From assembly GCA_030141605.1 (NCBI GenBank), contig JAQGDQ010000050.1, positions 755,971-819,970 on the forward strand: DNA of 64,000 bases, given 5' to 3'. The DNA is from Tubiluchus corallicola (taxonomy: Eukaryota > Animalia > Priapulida). Shown here piece by piece: positions 38,492 to 53,034 of the stretch. A model generated the notes under the pieces. It was given only the letters and a program-made list of their open reading frames with translations. It made no database searches and was not told the DNA's origin. Numbering within the stretch: the stretch's first letter is position 1; each line of letters begins with the position of its first letter. A program made the position numbers and the translations under genes.

Positions 38492-39988
38492 CTGTCCTTT
38501 GCCTTGAATGAGTTGAAATTCTACCTCAAGGCTCTAGCATGAATGGGCAGGAAAAGGTTCAGTTACAGTTCAAATGATCGATTAGCTCCAGCTTCCCTGG
38601 CTTGATTGCGCATTGACGTCACGGTCGTGGTGTCTGATTCGTCAATGCTGCGCATGCCGGCAACAACATCGGATATGGATTGTCTTCAAGGTTAGGCCAA
38701 TGTGAAGCCAATTGTTGCCAAATACACATTTTTGTAAGAATTTGCATTTTTTTGGAAATGAAAGCAGTGGCGTGTTTCTCTCAAGGTTAAGCAATTTCAA
38801 AAGCAATGTCGCTTGGACCTGCCTTTTTTGTCAACTGAGGTTTGGTCGTTTGAGAGTAATTTATTGTATAATTTATGATGAATTGTGTCGTTAGATGCGC
38901 CTACCTCTTTGCAGCTATTAAAATCTTAATGAGCATTGGTTGCTCGTGAAAAATTTATGTCTGTTTCTGCAGCTTCCAGCTCATTAATTCATTGATTATT
39001 CGCTTACCAAGGGGAGATTGGTTTCTTCTCCCTGAACGTAACGTGGTGTTAAAAAAGATGCAGTTAGCGAAATGTTTTTAATGTTTTCAATTTGAAGTGG
39101 GGAGGAACTCATGTTCGGGTACTTCCTAGAAAGTCATTGAGAAGGATTTAGTAACCATGTTTCAGCCAGTGGGAGTTAGTCGGAAGGAAGTCTGGTCTAA
39201 ATTTTAAGCATCTCATTTCCTTAGTTGTAGCCAAGTTCACTTATAATTGTGGTCAAGCGTCGATCTATCGTAGACTTAGTTACAACCCCTCGGTTCTCTG
39301 CATTGGCAGTGGGCGTCTTGCACACTGAACGCCCATCGATTGATTCATAACTCAGTGCTGCAGTATAATTCGTAGTTGCTAGGTTTACATGTGATTTGGT
39401 CAGCTGACTGTGTGCAGTTATTAGGGTTCCGGTGTTGCTACGAAACAGTTAAGGGGTAGATTGACCTATAAGTGTGCCTACAGGCGTATAGACTAACGTT
39501 GCTGGTGTACTGGTTTCCGATCTTAAGTGCTTCGAGAAGCCTGACGCATTTGGTACATATAGTGATAATAATGATGCACCTGTGCCTGTACAGTACCTGC
39601 GTCACTAATCATTGTGTTTATTAACATCTTATCTTATAAGGACCTGACTGGGGTACTGAATTCATAGGTCGTTTTGCAGCGCTTTTATATTTTTTCATTT
39701 ATAATCTGTGCGTGTGTAACCCGCCTATCACTTCACCGAACTGCTTATTTTATGAGACGGGTAATCTGATTTAACTGTTGAAGCACTAGTGGTGCCAAGC
39801 TTATCTCGTGTTATCAGACTATGTCAAGTTATCACATTTTGTTATAAAGCTTGTTGTTAGAGTGCAGTGCGAATAGTGCGTAGTTTTTCTACGTAAAAGC
39901 TGCTTTCACTATCATGAATTTGTCTAAATTTTACTTACTGCGGCCTCTGAAACACTGCTGAGTAAACGGTCAAGTTTACAAGACGGAT

Positions 39989-40038
39989 ATGGATACTGAA
40001 CCGGAAACTACCAACACTGATAATGTTCCAGTGTCTGG
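39989..40038 (+). CDS. Putative TRIM N-terminal coding exon A (MDTEPETTNTDNVPVS-G)
   Basis: gatATGg start after an in-frame TGA. Donor GG|gtacgt in phase 2 matches the micro-exon at 40674. Confidence 0.45.
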
Positions 40039-40673
40039 GTACGTATTAGTTAAGCCTTCCTTGTCATCCTTTCCCGAACCTTTATGAGTTCGAGTGTTTC
40101 AGGTGTCGATGCGGCGCGTGGTAGTGATATCGGTACCTCGTTCGTGTTGCTGCTTCGCTTCATCTTAGTGTGCAAATTCACTCATTTATCGCACAAGAGC
40201 TAAATCGTTTATGTAAATAGAAAACGTATTTTTTATTCTATTTGCTCAGTCATACTGTATAGCAGCTATTCTGACTTTTCTGTGACCCACTGTTCCTATC
40301 AATGCTATTACTTCTGTATTGAAAATAACGTCGGGTATTTTAACCAAGAGGTTATGCTCACTGTGTGTAAATTGGGTGTGTTAATGTGTAATTTTTAAAT
40401 TTGAAGTCTTTAAACTAGATTGAAACAAACTAAAATAATGTAGTACTTACTACGCTTCTCACAAAATAAGCTTTTTGTTAATAATTCCTAATACAGCATA
40501 GGAGCTGCTGATCACAGAATAATTTGCGTATGTTGTAAGTTATAATTTTTTTACGGGCTCTGCAATTCTGGTGCGGCTTTAAGGAAAAAACAGCATCATT
40601 GCGTGTAATATAAATATAATTGATATTTACTGGTATGTAGTAATACTAGTATGTGGTTTGTTTTTTGTTTCAG

Positions 40674-40698
40674 AAATGAATCAAAAGATGACACTGAT
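40674..40698 (+). CDS. Putative 25-nt TRIM micro-exon B (NESKDDTD) or 5'UTR exon
   Basis: Strong acceptor ttttttgtttcag and strong donor GAT|gtaagt. Joins in frame to 53382 (EQIAKMMTS). Confidence 0.5.
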
Positions 40699-42739
40699 GT
40701 AAGTTTGCCTTAATCTGCTATAGTTATATTTTTCTAGTAGAATTGAAGGCACTGTTATTATCATTAAGCAACTATTAACTAATACAGTTATAAATGTAGA
40801 GGTTGGCTTTTTACAGTTATATATTTAAATATTTCTAACAATTTTTGTGTTGCTTTTTATTTGTTATTTCCATTCTAAACCGTGCACTACAGTTTAGTAA
40901 TCCCTTTGCTGTTCACTTTCTTCTTTAACAAAAATGTGTAAGCTTGCAGCTCTATTTTTTACCACGATTGTGATCAGCTTTGAGAATACATAAAAATTTG
41001 CATTAAGTTTGATGAAAACTATTTTCCAAAGCGACTCACTGTATTTTTAATAACTCATCTTTGTTAGTTCTGTAAGTTCTTCTAGGGGAGCCTTTTGGGA
41101 GCTTAGGAACTAATGCTGTCTTTGAGCTTAAAGATCTATTTTTAGTATGTGTCAGATGGCTTACATGGACAGAATGTTGATCATTTATGCGAAATTTATC
41201 CAAAATGCTGTTTCTACGCTAAAATAGTTTACTAATCTATTATTGCTTGTGACAATTTTTCTAGTGCTGCGAAGTACAAGTATTGAATACATTTGATAGT
41301 TTATGTTTGTGTGAAAGATCCCAAATGCCCATAGAAAGTAATCGTTTGTTGCTATCCAGTAACCTTATGCTGTTGCTGATCTCTGATGAACATACCCGTA
41401 ATTTCTTTTGTGTCACGGCCCAATTTAGCGAGCTTCACTCATTTCTCAGAAGTTACGAGCTTTAATGAGATTTAATGGACGTTTTGTCTGCCATGCTTCT
41501 CGTTTTTTTGTAAAAAAATAGCGCCACGTGTTTTCCATGATGTAGTACGGGAAAGTGTTTACAGTTAAATTAGGCAATTTGGTGTAGCTACAAAATTCTT
41601 GAAGACTTTACTGTCGTTGCAAGTCTTCCCTAATACCAAGAGGCCAAAAACTGCGACATATACCTTTTCTTGGACAGTCTAAAATGGGTGCCTGGTAACC
41701 CGATAAGAGTTTTTGTTGTTGCTTGCTCTGTGTGATTATCCCGAGGCTATTCAGTATTTTTATTTTTGTTCTGCTGTAAAAAACATATGCTATACAGATG
41801 GTGTGGTTTCCCTACTGTGTTTGTTTGCTTTGTTTGAACGAAACGACTTGTCTGCGTGTATAGACAGGAAGTGCGTTAACACTAGAAAAAATACCAGTGC
41901 TGCCTCCATGCCTACACTGGGCTTTATTTCATGGCCCAGAGTCCGTTTGTGTTGCTGTTTGGGACTCAAGCTTTAGTTGTAGGCATTTTGTTCACTGTCC
42001 AGACCCACGGTCAATCTGTCAGTTGACTTGTTTGACGGTTTGTTATTTCCCTAGGCCAACTGTAAGTGCACTCTAATGTTTTCAAGTATCAATCATTAGG
42101 TGTCCTGGTATCAGTTATTAGGCAGTATGTTTCAGTCAAGCAGATGTCTCTTTGAACACTGAAAAAAATCTTGGCGCTGTCTTGTATTTTAGATTTAATA
42201 AGCAAAATTGAACTGCGAAGCAAACTTTAACATTTACAAAACTCACCACATGTCTGGATTGCCTTCGTGGCATTCCTGCAACCTTTCATAAACGTAAATA
42301 GCATGTTAGGAATGTCTGAAGGTTTCTTGAGTATTCTGAACCAACTTTTACACCAATGACTAGTTGATTTTGGGTTGGTAGTGCAAAGAAAACTTCTGTG
42401 TCAGAGCGGTGAACCAACGAAATAGCAGCCAAACGTGTGAATAGCGTGACTTTGCAAATTTGCTTGATTGATGTAGGTATGGTAGTGACTTCTTCGGTTC
42501 ACTACACAGTGTCGTACCTAATTGCATTAAAGTGATTTAAGCAGCTTGTTTGTGCCAAGACGCTTTCCCAGTCCACATCACACTGAGAAGGTTTATTCAG
42601 CTTATTAACAGTAAGATGATAACACTAAAGTGATTTACTGGGTACTATGGATTGAGCAATTAATTGATAAAAATGGGTGTCTGAACTGAGCGATTTGAAC
42701 CTACCAGTCAACAAAAACGACAAACTTAGTGCCGGCACT

Positions 42740-44060
42740 TGTTTATTTATTATATATGTAAATGACATCCCAAAACTAATAAAAAAAAACTTACGTTACA
42801 CAATATGCAGACGACACTAGTATCTCTACAAATAACAAACACCCAGAAATAGCTATAAAAGATCTGCAAAAGAATATACAAGAAATGAAATACATTTTTG
42901 ATTATCATCTACAAATGAATCCCGAGAAAACTATTTTCATGCTGCTAACACCCACTAACAGCAGCGAAGTAATATCAAACACCAAAACCATGAAACTAAA
43001 AATATTCAATGAAACCATACCTCAATCCAGCACTACAAAATTCTTAGGAATGGAACTGAACAATAGATTTAATTGGGAAGACCACATCAACAATATAATT
43101 CGCAAAATGGGCCAAAGTATGTCATTCCTTAAACAAGTAAAAGGCCAGCTTACTATTGATACCAAACTACTAATACACAAAACATTAATACCGCCTCATT
43201 TAACTTATGGCTGCCATCTACTTGCAAACATTTCTAAAACCCAAACAGATGGGTTAGATAAAACTCAAAATTATGCACTCAAGCATGTACTAGGCCACTT
43301 TTCTAAAAAAAAGAAATAAACACCATATATACTCAGCCACTACCAATAGAGAAAAATTAAGAATACCCACTACAGAATCAAATATTCATTACCATACCTT
43401 AATATTTCTATTTAAATATGTAAATGATATAATTCCTGCTTTCAAAGAAAATACTTTATTATTTATGCTCGATAAACATAAAAACGAACGCACCTATAAT
43501 CTAAAACAGTTACTTACAAAAAACACATATGGACACAATTCAGTAAGCAAAACAGCAATCAACTTATGGAATTCAGCACCCTTAAGAATAAAATCAAAAG
43601 ACGGATTAACAACATTTAAAACAGAACTAAAAAACAAACTCCTAACTTACAAAAGACCCTTATATAAAAACAATAAAGTTGAATTCATCAGTAATTGGAG
43701 AATATAAAAAAACGTGTAACGCTTTAGACTCATAAACTCATCATAATATAAGTGTCTATACTATAAAAATATACTACTCGTACGGAAACTTACATGGCAA
43801 AAAAGTAGCAAAAACTATCAAAGGTATTAAAATTCACAATTTCATAAGTCACCATCATGTCATCATGTAGACAAATTTGTAGATATGCAATATAATATTT
43901 TAATCTTTTTATTCTCATAATTTTTAACTTACACTAACTGACACAATTGCTCACATCAGTCTGTCACTGACTGGTTATACACTAATTTTATGTATGATGC
44001 ACTTTGTTTTACTCTGTACTAGTGTATAATTTTTGCAATAAAGATTTCTATTCTGTTCTA
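42740..44060 (+). mobile_element. 5'-truncated non-LTR retrotransposon (CR1/L2 group), RT C-terminus plus 3'UTR, frameshifted
   Basis: LFIIYVNDIP, QYADDT, KFLGMELNNRFNWEDHI, PHLTYG, LWNSAP..IK...LTTFK. AATAAA followed by an ATTCT-like tail. Confidence 0.9.
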
Positions 44061-46763
44061 TACTGAGTCTATTCACGTTGAAACAGTTTATTCAGTCTGT
44101 GGATACTAAAGTGTTTTACTAAATTTATTAAGACAGCTTACTCTGCATATTCATGTTTTGCATATTCTGCATGTTCTGTTTGTTTTCACTGAGACAGTTA
44201 CAAGTAACTTCCTAAGTCTGGAACTGTTTTGTGGCTGAAACAGATTATGTGACTTTTGTAAACTTAAATGGTACATTCAAGTTGTTAAACATTGAAATTG
44301 AAATGGTTTGCTCATAAGGTTCATATTTAGTTTACATTTCATTGTAAAATAACTCTCACAAAGTATTCATATTTAGATAATTTACTCACATCAGACTGAT
44401 GGGTGTACTTAAAATTTACAGACTGAGACCAATTACTCAGTTTACCAACATCAAAATTGATAGTTCACTCTAGTCTGGCCAAATTAAGACGGTTTGTGTG
44501 TGTTACTAGCGTGCTTTCTGTGGATAAATGTGAAGCATCTTATAATTTTGGCTGATTGACTTTTTTGAAAATCGATGAAATTATAAACATGTCTGATAAA
44601 ATGTTGCAGTGAACATCGCATTACTAATTGTTCTTTCTAAGCTGTATTTTATGTGGTCGGCTCAACACTATATATTTGGTTGAGAAACTAGCCCCAGGCA
44701 ATTTTTTCTTAATCCAACATTAAATTTTTGCTGGTGTACAGAATTTTAGCTTAGTTCATGCTCCACCGAAGATTTAATTTTTTTGCCTGTGGCAATTTGG
44801 CTTGGTTGTAGTTTACTTGCTTGTCTGTGTTTAATTGCACTTAACATGCAGTTGTAAATCAGTATTCCGTGATTATGGTGTTTATACAACGCTTGTAAAA
44901 TTTTGCTAAACTTTGCTTAATACTCTATAACGCAACTAGTATACAATTAGGATTGATATTTTTGTAGGCTTGTTAATTTATATTGGACCCTTCTTTATAA
45001 TGGGAAATTTACGGTCTCAAATTTTTGTAACACAATAGGCATGCATTTCATTTTTATAACTATTAATTAAATTATCTTGTGCATAACTTTTATCAGTAAC
45101 TTTCTGGGAGCGGAACAGCTCCATCGATTAACCACAGATTTTTTTTCCTAAATTGACATTCATGTAATTGTTTACAGAAGTTTTCTTTTTTAAATTGACG
45201 TAGTTGGTTGCGTTCTGCTTGCTATTAAGTGTGAAGTTGAAACATTAATTGAGATGATTCAAAAAACGAATATTTTCTAGGTATAGTTTTATGATGAAAT
45301 TGGTCAAGTTTGAGTTTTCTTTTCTCAGTGCTTGGCTCAAGTTGGCTGGCGACCAAGGTATCTAGGTATCTAGTCTAAAGGCAAGTTTCTGTAACACGCT
45401 TCGTGATACATATAATGAACAAATACTGTTGGGTATCTACTTTGACTTGGGCTTGTTAATAAGTTATGAACTCAAAGTAGAATTTGACATCATTAATAAC
45501 CTAAGAGAGATGGCTTTAGCGTTTATGGTAACCTACTTTTCTCATATCCCTGTTATAAAATTTTCATCACCCGATGATGTTGCTTTGATCACCGATTTAT
45601 TATTAATGTACTATTATTGATTTCGACGTTGGAGAAAATTAGACTTCTTTAATTCATTGTTTGAACTAAAAAATTTTGTAGAATCAATAAAGTTTACCCA
45701 CAAACTGGGTTTCTTTACTTAACTTGACGTCCAGAAAAATGTCAATTACCATTATTATTTTAGAGGTTGTTGTTTACACAGTTTTTATGTATTTTGAGAA
45801 TGTTTTGCCAATACCTTACTATTAACAAATTGCAAACTCAGCGCTAAGTATTTTAGCGCTTGAGTGGTATAATTTACCAACATTAGGTCTTGTCTGGGAC
45901 GCGTTTCCGTATTTTTACGACATTTCAGTGAATAACGTCAGCGTCGTTTGTCTGACGATTTTAAACGTGAATCATAATCTAGTTTATATCAGCGAGGGTT
46001 CAGTACACGCTGACAGCATTTGGCTTCCTCGTACGGGCGTTTATTGACATGCTAAGTGGCTCCCTGCTACTAAGCAGCCCCAGTGGCGTGATGTGGAACA
46101 CTGCTGCGGTTGGTTGAAGCGCTGCCGCCTCTGTTATATCGCATTTCATACAGCTGATCATTACAGCGTATTCCTTATAAAATCCAGGTCATGTTATGTG
46201 AATTAATCGCTGCGCCTGCTGCTGTAGTTAAGGTGAACGCAGTGGACCAGTGATGCTTCCAGGGCGTTTTTTCTCAGATGAAAGTGCGTTGTGTACTGAG
46301 GCTCAGACTTTCATAGATCAAGATACCCTAATGTGCACATTTATTGATACACCGAACGTGCTCTATCGCGTTTTTTTTTTGGTGTCAGAGCATGTACCAC
46401 TTTCCCTGGACTCGCATCAAGAATATTTTGGCCGTTGGTTTTGTGAAGTAACTGCAGGTCACGTGTTGCGGAGTGCACAGTGCATTAAAATTACTGGCTT
46501 CGTATGAGCGTATAATCTGTGTGGGGCGTTTGATTGGAGCTTGATAGTAAGTTCGTACTTGTTCGGTACTAATTGCTCTAGTTCGCAGCATAATGATGAT
46601 AAGTGTCAGATTAATCCTGTAGTAGTTTTGACGCTTTAGTATAACTCTGCCATGTTGTTCACTTTTTAATAAACGGACCAAAATTGGTACAGTTGTAATA
46701 TTTGACATGGTCTTTCATTGACGTGACAAGGCATGGTTGCACGTTTTCCATGAATTATCCCGA

Positions 46764-48296
46764 AATTCTTCTGCTTTTTGTCATTAGCTGCCACGTTACA
46801 GCCACGAAAATCAGTTATGAAACCTTTTTTGCAGAGGTAATGCCAGATTTTTTTTCTTACACCAATATACGAAGAAATTTCAAATCACTAGGCAATCATT
46901 ATAACATTTATGTTGATATATCACATTGCTTTATCAAGCAATGATTATCCGTGACTGAGAAATTAAAATAATATTAAATACTATGTAAGAAGATCATTAG
47001 GCAATCATTATAACATTTATGTTGAAATATCACACCGCTTTATCAAACAATGATTAATAAAATAATATTAAATACTGTATAAGAAGACTCCAACAACTAT
47101 AGATTATAATAGCTAAAGAATTTTTTGCTGATCTTTGTGTTACTGCTTGCTAAACTGCTAATAAAATGGAGATTCTTGCATTAAAGGTAATTTCAAAGCC
47201 AATTTCAGCAAATCGTGGCAATGATGATTTTAAACTTCTTAAACAAAAGTGTACTGTTTTATGTGGGTGATTATTAATAATGCAAAATTAATCTAATTAG
47301 CTATTTTAGACGGTGACACAAGCTTTACAGCCTTATATTGTCATGTTTACATCTCATATTAATTTCTGATCTGAAAGCCGATTTAAGTAAAGTTTGTTAA
47401 GTTATTAATTGGTGGTCACTACAGTTTTATTGTACTGTCAAAGAGTGAATGCACGCTTGCATGTGCCACTTGCAGTTGTAATTTGTCAACTAAAATACTA
47501 TTTGCATTAGTGTTTTGTCCTAACCGACGTGCTATTGTGATTTTGTGCATACTTTAGCATCATTGTACTTTCATGTGATTTTAATGTATTGCATTTAATT
47601 TACATCTATACTTTGGTTTTAATTAGTTTGCATTTACTTTAATTTCTACTTCAGAGTGATTTTAACTAGTGTGCCTTTAATTTACATGATAAGTTGTGAA
47701 TTAAAACATTAAGATACTTTAAAAAGACTGAAACGTTTGCACCAAAACACCAAATATTTATAGCAGGCCTCTAATAGGCCGTTTGTTACAAATGGTTTGA
47801 CTTCACAACGTACTCTTAATGTTTAAAACGAGCAAACTATCTTTACATTAGTAATTAGAACCGCAAGACATTTTACACACGGGCGCATACTTGGTCATTA
47901 GGTCAACCTAGGGTTGCCACGCCTGATTTGGCCCGGAGTCTCCTGAAATTCAGTCATACATCCGTACTTCCGTCGGATTTTTGAAAAATTCTGATTTCTG
48001 CAAGTAGTAACACAAAGATCAGCAAAACGTTCTGTAGCTATTATAATCTGTAGTTGTTGGAGGAGTCTTCTTATACAGTATTTAATAATATTTTAATTTC
48101 ACAGTCACGGATAATCATTGTTTGATAAAGCAATGTGATATATCAACATAAATGTTATAATGATTGCCTAATGATTTGAAATTTCTTCGTACATTGGTGT
48201 AAGAAAAAAAATCTGGCATTATTTCTGCAAAAAAGGCTTCCTAACTGATTTCCGTGCCTGGAACGCAGCAGCTAATGACAAAAAGTAGAAGAATTT
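46764..48296. repeat. Inverted pair of about 300-bp transposon-derived arms (46764-47150 and 47999-48296)
   Basis: Highly similar reverse-complement arms. The left arm has an internal duplication of about 108 bp. TAGGGTTGCCA (hAT-like end) at about 47910. Confidence 0.85.
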
Positions 48297-48589
48297 TGCT
48301 CAAATTTGCCACGAAGTGCCATATTTCGTACAGATGATGTTTAGGCTATAGATTTTCATTCTATGGGTAGTTTCACCAGAATCTCTTTGTGGAACCAAGG
48401 CGGATCAAGTGACGAAGTAGGGTACCTCGAGGTACCTAATCTAATGTGCTTATCTTCGCGATGCATTTCATCCCTATAAGTTTGTTTAGATGTTGATTAA
48501 ATGTACTTCAATATGATTAGTAACTTAAATACAAAATTCTGCAAAGCAATGAGCAGTAGATTTCGACCATTGCATTGAAATTTAAGTGG

Positions 48590-49522
48590 AAAAATGGAAA
48601 TACATCGTGCATGCCATTGAAACGTTAAGACTTAGGTCCTTAGTAACTGAGGTATACAAATCGCTTAATAATCTAAACCCTCCATACGTTCAAGAACTTT
48701 TTGTTCCTAAACTCGTAAACTATGAACTTCCTGGCCTAAATAAATTCTTCGTGTCAATACTACCATTTATGGCATTGATTCTCTACGGTCCCAAGGAGCA
48801 AAGTTGTGGAATGGCTCACTTAAAAATATCCTGGAGGCTACTAGTCTAGGATCATTTAAAAACTTAATTAAATCTTGGTGTGGTGAAACCTGTAAATGTT
48901 CGTATAAGTCATTTATTTCACATTACACATTTACAATATATGGTCAAAGGCCTACAATGAACATAATGGAAATAAGTTTTTATTTTTTCTGCACACGAAA
49001 AGCCTCACACACTGTTTACCTATGTACAAATGTAAATGTGTTGCGGGCAATCAAAAAGCAAGGCTTGTTAGATTGTCCCACACTGTGAAAGAAAAAAGTA
49101 ATGAAAATAATCTGAAAATTTGAAATGAATCGTATGATAAAGAAAACATTTAGTGCTTCCGAATGGAATGATATAATGAATGAAGCTCATATATGAGATG
49201 ATATAAAAGATAGAAAGACTATTATTTGTGAAAATATTAGGCATGCGCGTATACAAATTAAGATAGCTTGATTAAGATGCCTGGATTAAAATATCCGTAT
49301 TGTGCATATAGTCTTGTCAACTTGAATAACGGATAATTTTGTGATACTGAATAGTGCCTAAAATTTATTGCTGTCATGATTTCTACCTGCTAATCTTTGC
49401 ATTTTTATTTAATTGTGTATTTTAAAGATATCACTTTGCTTTGTATGTGTCTATTATAGTAGCTTCGGCTAATGTTCTTTGTTTTAAACATCGACAATAA
49501 ATAAAGTGTCTTATCTTATCTT
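48590..49522 (+). mobile_element. LINE 3'-end remnant (CR1/L2 group)
   Basis: TEVYKSLNNLNPPYVQELF..., LWNG..NILEATSLGSFKNLIKSWCGETCKCS. Tail AATAAATAAAGTGTCTTATCTTATCTTA. The middle part may be unrelated. Confidence 0.65.
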
Positions 49523-50714
49523 AAGCTAAAATCAGTGGAATCTCTGTTTAAGTAAAATAGTAAACTTATTAAATTAAATTTAATTGGTTACGCGGCTTCA
49601 TCATTTAACGTCGTCTACATTTTTCGCCAACTTTTGCTGCAGCGGCAAGTGCTCCGTTCAAACATTCTTCCGGTTTATCAAAAACGTAAGAAATGCATTT
49701 GAAAGAACTCCAAAAATTGATGTACGCTGCTTGCACTTTCGTAAGTTTTATTGATTTTTGTTTTTGAAAAAGGCCTGATAAGACCAAAGCTGATTCTTCA
49801 CTCCTGATTTCCGTTCGTGGCATCCCTATGCAACTGCTCAGCATTTTCTCAGCCTGCACAAGTGCTGGCTAGGTGGGTTCTTTTGTTTCTGTTGAATACT
49901 AAGGCGGAGCCATGTAAACTCGGTATATAACGCATGTTGATAATTAAGAAACATTCGACTTCTACTCAAAATCGGATTAGCAAACGATTGTTCGATAGAT
50001 TGCCAACTGTTTCTCAATTAGTTGCCCACTATTGATCAGAGTAGTTCATCCCCCTTTTCTAAACGCTGTTATTATTATTGACTTGTTTGACTGTTGGGTT
50101 AAATATTGTGATGTTTTGCTGTAGTAGACCGGTTAAAACCTGAAATTGTATGATGATTATTAAGATTGTTATCCTTTACTAACTGTGTTCCTTGAGTTCC
50201 GGCATCAGAAGATAGATAGGTACAGATTGATAAGCTGATAGCAGCCAGTGCGAGAGAGACGCTTTAAAAATTAATATCAAACTTGTAAGAAAGTGCTTAC
50301 TTATACAGCACAGCAAACGGTCAACGGACAATACACTGCGAATTTTATAGGATTCTGTGTGCCCTAAGTCTGCAATAGATTGATGATAGGAGGTCTTAGA
50401 CTAGAAAACTGCTGTTCATGTACGCCTCGCCCAATTATAGATATCATGTAATCACTTGCTAGTACGTATTTGTCAACGTTTAAAGGCAGTGTAGTTACAG
50501 TGTGAAATTGACCATTTTCTCTATGGGAAATGCTTCCTTTCATTAACCTATTAGTGATAATTGCTTGATTACAGGTAATGAGCAGGCCGTGTGATCTTAC
50601 CTTGTATCACGTAGTTTCTCTTCAGTAGGGTAGACTGCGCTAGCAAATGTGGGAAATTAGTATCATTCATTGCCAAAATAAGAATCGTGTAGGATCATAT
50701 TCTTGCGGTGCGCG

Positions 50715-52130
50715 GTATAAATGGCAAAGGTAAAAATGGCTCGGGGAAAAATGTCACAAATGGAAAAGTAGGTAGAAATGGCACAGGTAAAAGTAACACA
50801 GGAAAAAATATCACAAATGGAAAAGTATGTAAAATGGCGCAGGAAAAAATGCCCAACTGGAAAAGTAGGTAAAAATCGCACAGGTAAAAATGGCACATTA
50901 TGTTATTTTGATGCATTCGATTTCTATATAAAACTAGATTGCGCTGAGTAGGCAGCAAATCTCTGCCAAAGCCGAACAATCCTAAACTTATTCATCTGAT
51001 TCTTTTCATTAAAAAACGTAAAACCAAGATAAACAAGCAAACATACAAAAGTGCACTTGTGTGGGTATTATGTAGACTAGCAAAAGATTCACAAAATATT
51101 TTGTTCATTAAATAGAATTATAATCAATGATTCACGAATATTCCGTCTAGTGTTTGTCACCTTTTGGCGATAATAATAGATTGACATATTACGTATTTAT
51201 ATGCCAAGTCATTAATAAATAAAGGTTATAGACAACGGAACCTGAAACTAATTCGTAGATAATGTACAAAGAAATACTAAACATTCCCGCTGAGACCTCC
51301 ACGAAGTGCTTCACGAACGTTTTTTTACGTGATATTCTGTCAAGTTTTGCAAAAAATGAACGGGCGAAAAACGCCCATTTTGGCAGTCTGTACGCGCCTT
51401 TTCTACAAAGTTTCTTGGAAATCTGTTTGGCAGTTTTTGCGTAATAGGTTTAGTGCTACAACAGACAGAAAACAACCGTGTTGATGCATACCTTCCTTGG
51501 CAGGGGTAAAAATAACTGAAATAATTATCTCCCACGGTAATCCTAACCTTAAACTCATATTTTACTATGTGTGCCATTTTTCCTGTGTCATTTTTACCTA
51601 CTTTTCCATTTGCGCCGTTTTTCTGTGGCGCTTTTTACTTGTGTCATTTTTACCTACTTTTCCGTTTGTGCCATTTTACCTACATTCTATTTTTGCTGCA
51701 TTTGTACCGACTACTTGCTTAGAAAACCTTGTACCAGTCAGGTAGCTTAGGACAAATTAACGGTGCACGGTAAAAAACGGCACAGGTAAAAATAGTGCGA
51801 TAAAATGACATGGAAAAGGGGAAAATTGGAAAACATGGCACACATAAACTGTGAGTTTATGGTTATAGTTATTATGGGGGATAATTATTTTAGTTTAATT
51901 TATTTTGTTTGTTTTTTGTCTGCTATACATGTATATTTTTTATTTTAGCTGTTTATCTTAGTTTTACATGTTTTTTTTTTCAGTCAGAAGTATTAGACGA
52001 ATAAGTTTAGGATTGTTTGGCTTTGGCAAAGATCAGCTTCCTACTGAACGCATTCTAGTTTTATTATAAAAATTATTTCCTCAAAATATCATATTTTTCT
52101 TACTTTTCCATTCGTGTCATTTTTACGTAA
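50715..52130. repeat. Composite foldback repeat with AGGTAAAAATGGCAC-type arrays
   Basis: Motif arrays at 50719-50897 (+), 51570-51700 (-) and 51765-51845 (+). 50926-51004 is inverted vs 51986-52068, and 51519-51559 vs 51851-51891. Confidence 0.8.
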
Positions 52131-53034
52131 ATTCCAAATGAACATCCACTTAATACGCTTCTTTTCATCAATTTGGTTTTGTAAAAGATTTTATTATGGA
52201 ACTGGCTAATTCTGTGTCGTGAACATCATCATATTGTTATAAAAAGCAAGACTAGAAATCTTTCCTAACCGCGCACAGCAGCGGCATGTTCATGATGACA
52301 TAACACTACATTGATAAAATTATATTATAATGATATTCATAATTAATTTGTCATATCTGAGTATGCACGTCATGAAGTATAAATTTGCTACAATGAATTT
52401 AACAGAATTTTGCTGCAATGAAAAATGTTTTTATTTACATTAACTACTGTACAATATTGTTTGAACAATGACTTAAATGGCTTCCATTCCAGTAAAAAAT
52501 GCAGCTAACGTGAAGATCTTTTATACAGCTTGTTTGCTAGGAATGTCTCAGTCGTTTCTTAATGTAATGTGTCAGAGCTCGGGGCACAGATCGATCACAA
52601 ATCAATTACGAATGAAGGATTGCATGCTAAGGCTAAAGCCTCGCTGGTATACATAATGTCGTTGGGATCCACACGGAGTGTGGGAGTCATTGACATGATT
52701 TTTTTTGCCGAGTCTTTACCATCACAACTATGCCTGGTAATTCCACTCGTGTGTAGAGGTTTTATTGCCTGGATCAACATTGTCTGGTTCTCATATTAAC
52801 CATTGTTGTCACCTTGTGAAGTTTGTGGCAATTGGTGGAAGAATTTTCAGTGTATGCGTCTGTAAATAAAGGGATGCTTAGGAACCCACGATGAAATTTT
52901 ATATAGGTATATACCATCTCCATTTTATTAGTTGTCTGTATGCCAAGTTAGGGAACAGGCAGTCAGATGTAACATAGTTGCAATTTCTTTATTAGTGGTA
53001 CTATTGTTTCTTCTGAGTTTTGGGTTGGTTGTCT

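Noticed and set aside
50663-51745. Repetitive Phe/Cys/Thr-rich ORFs
   Set aside because: Translations of the AGGTAAAAATGGCAC repeat arrays.
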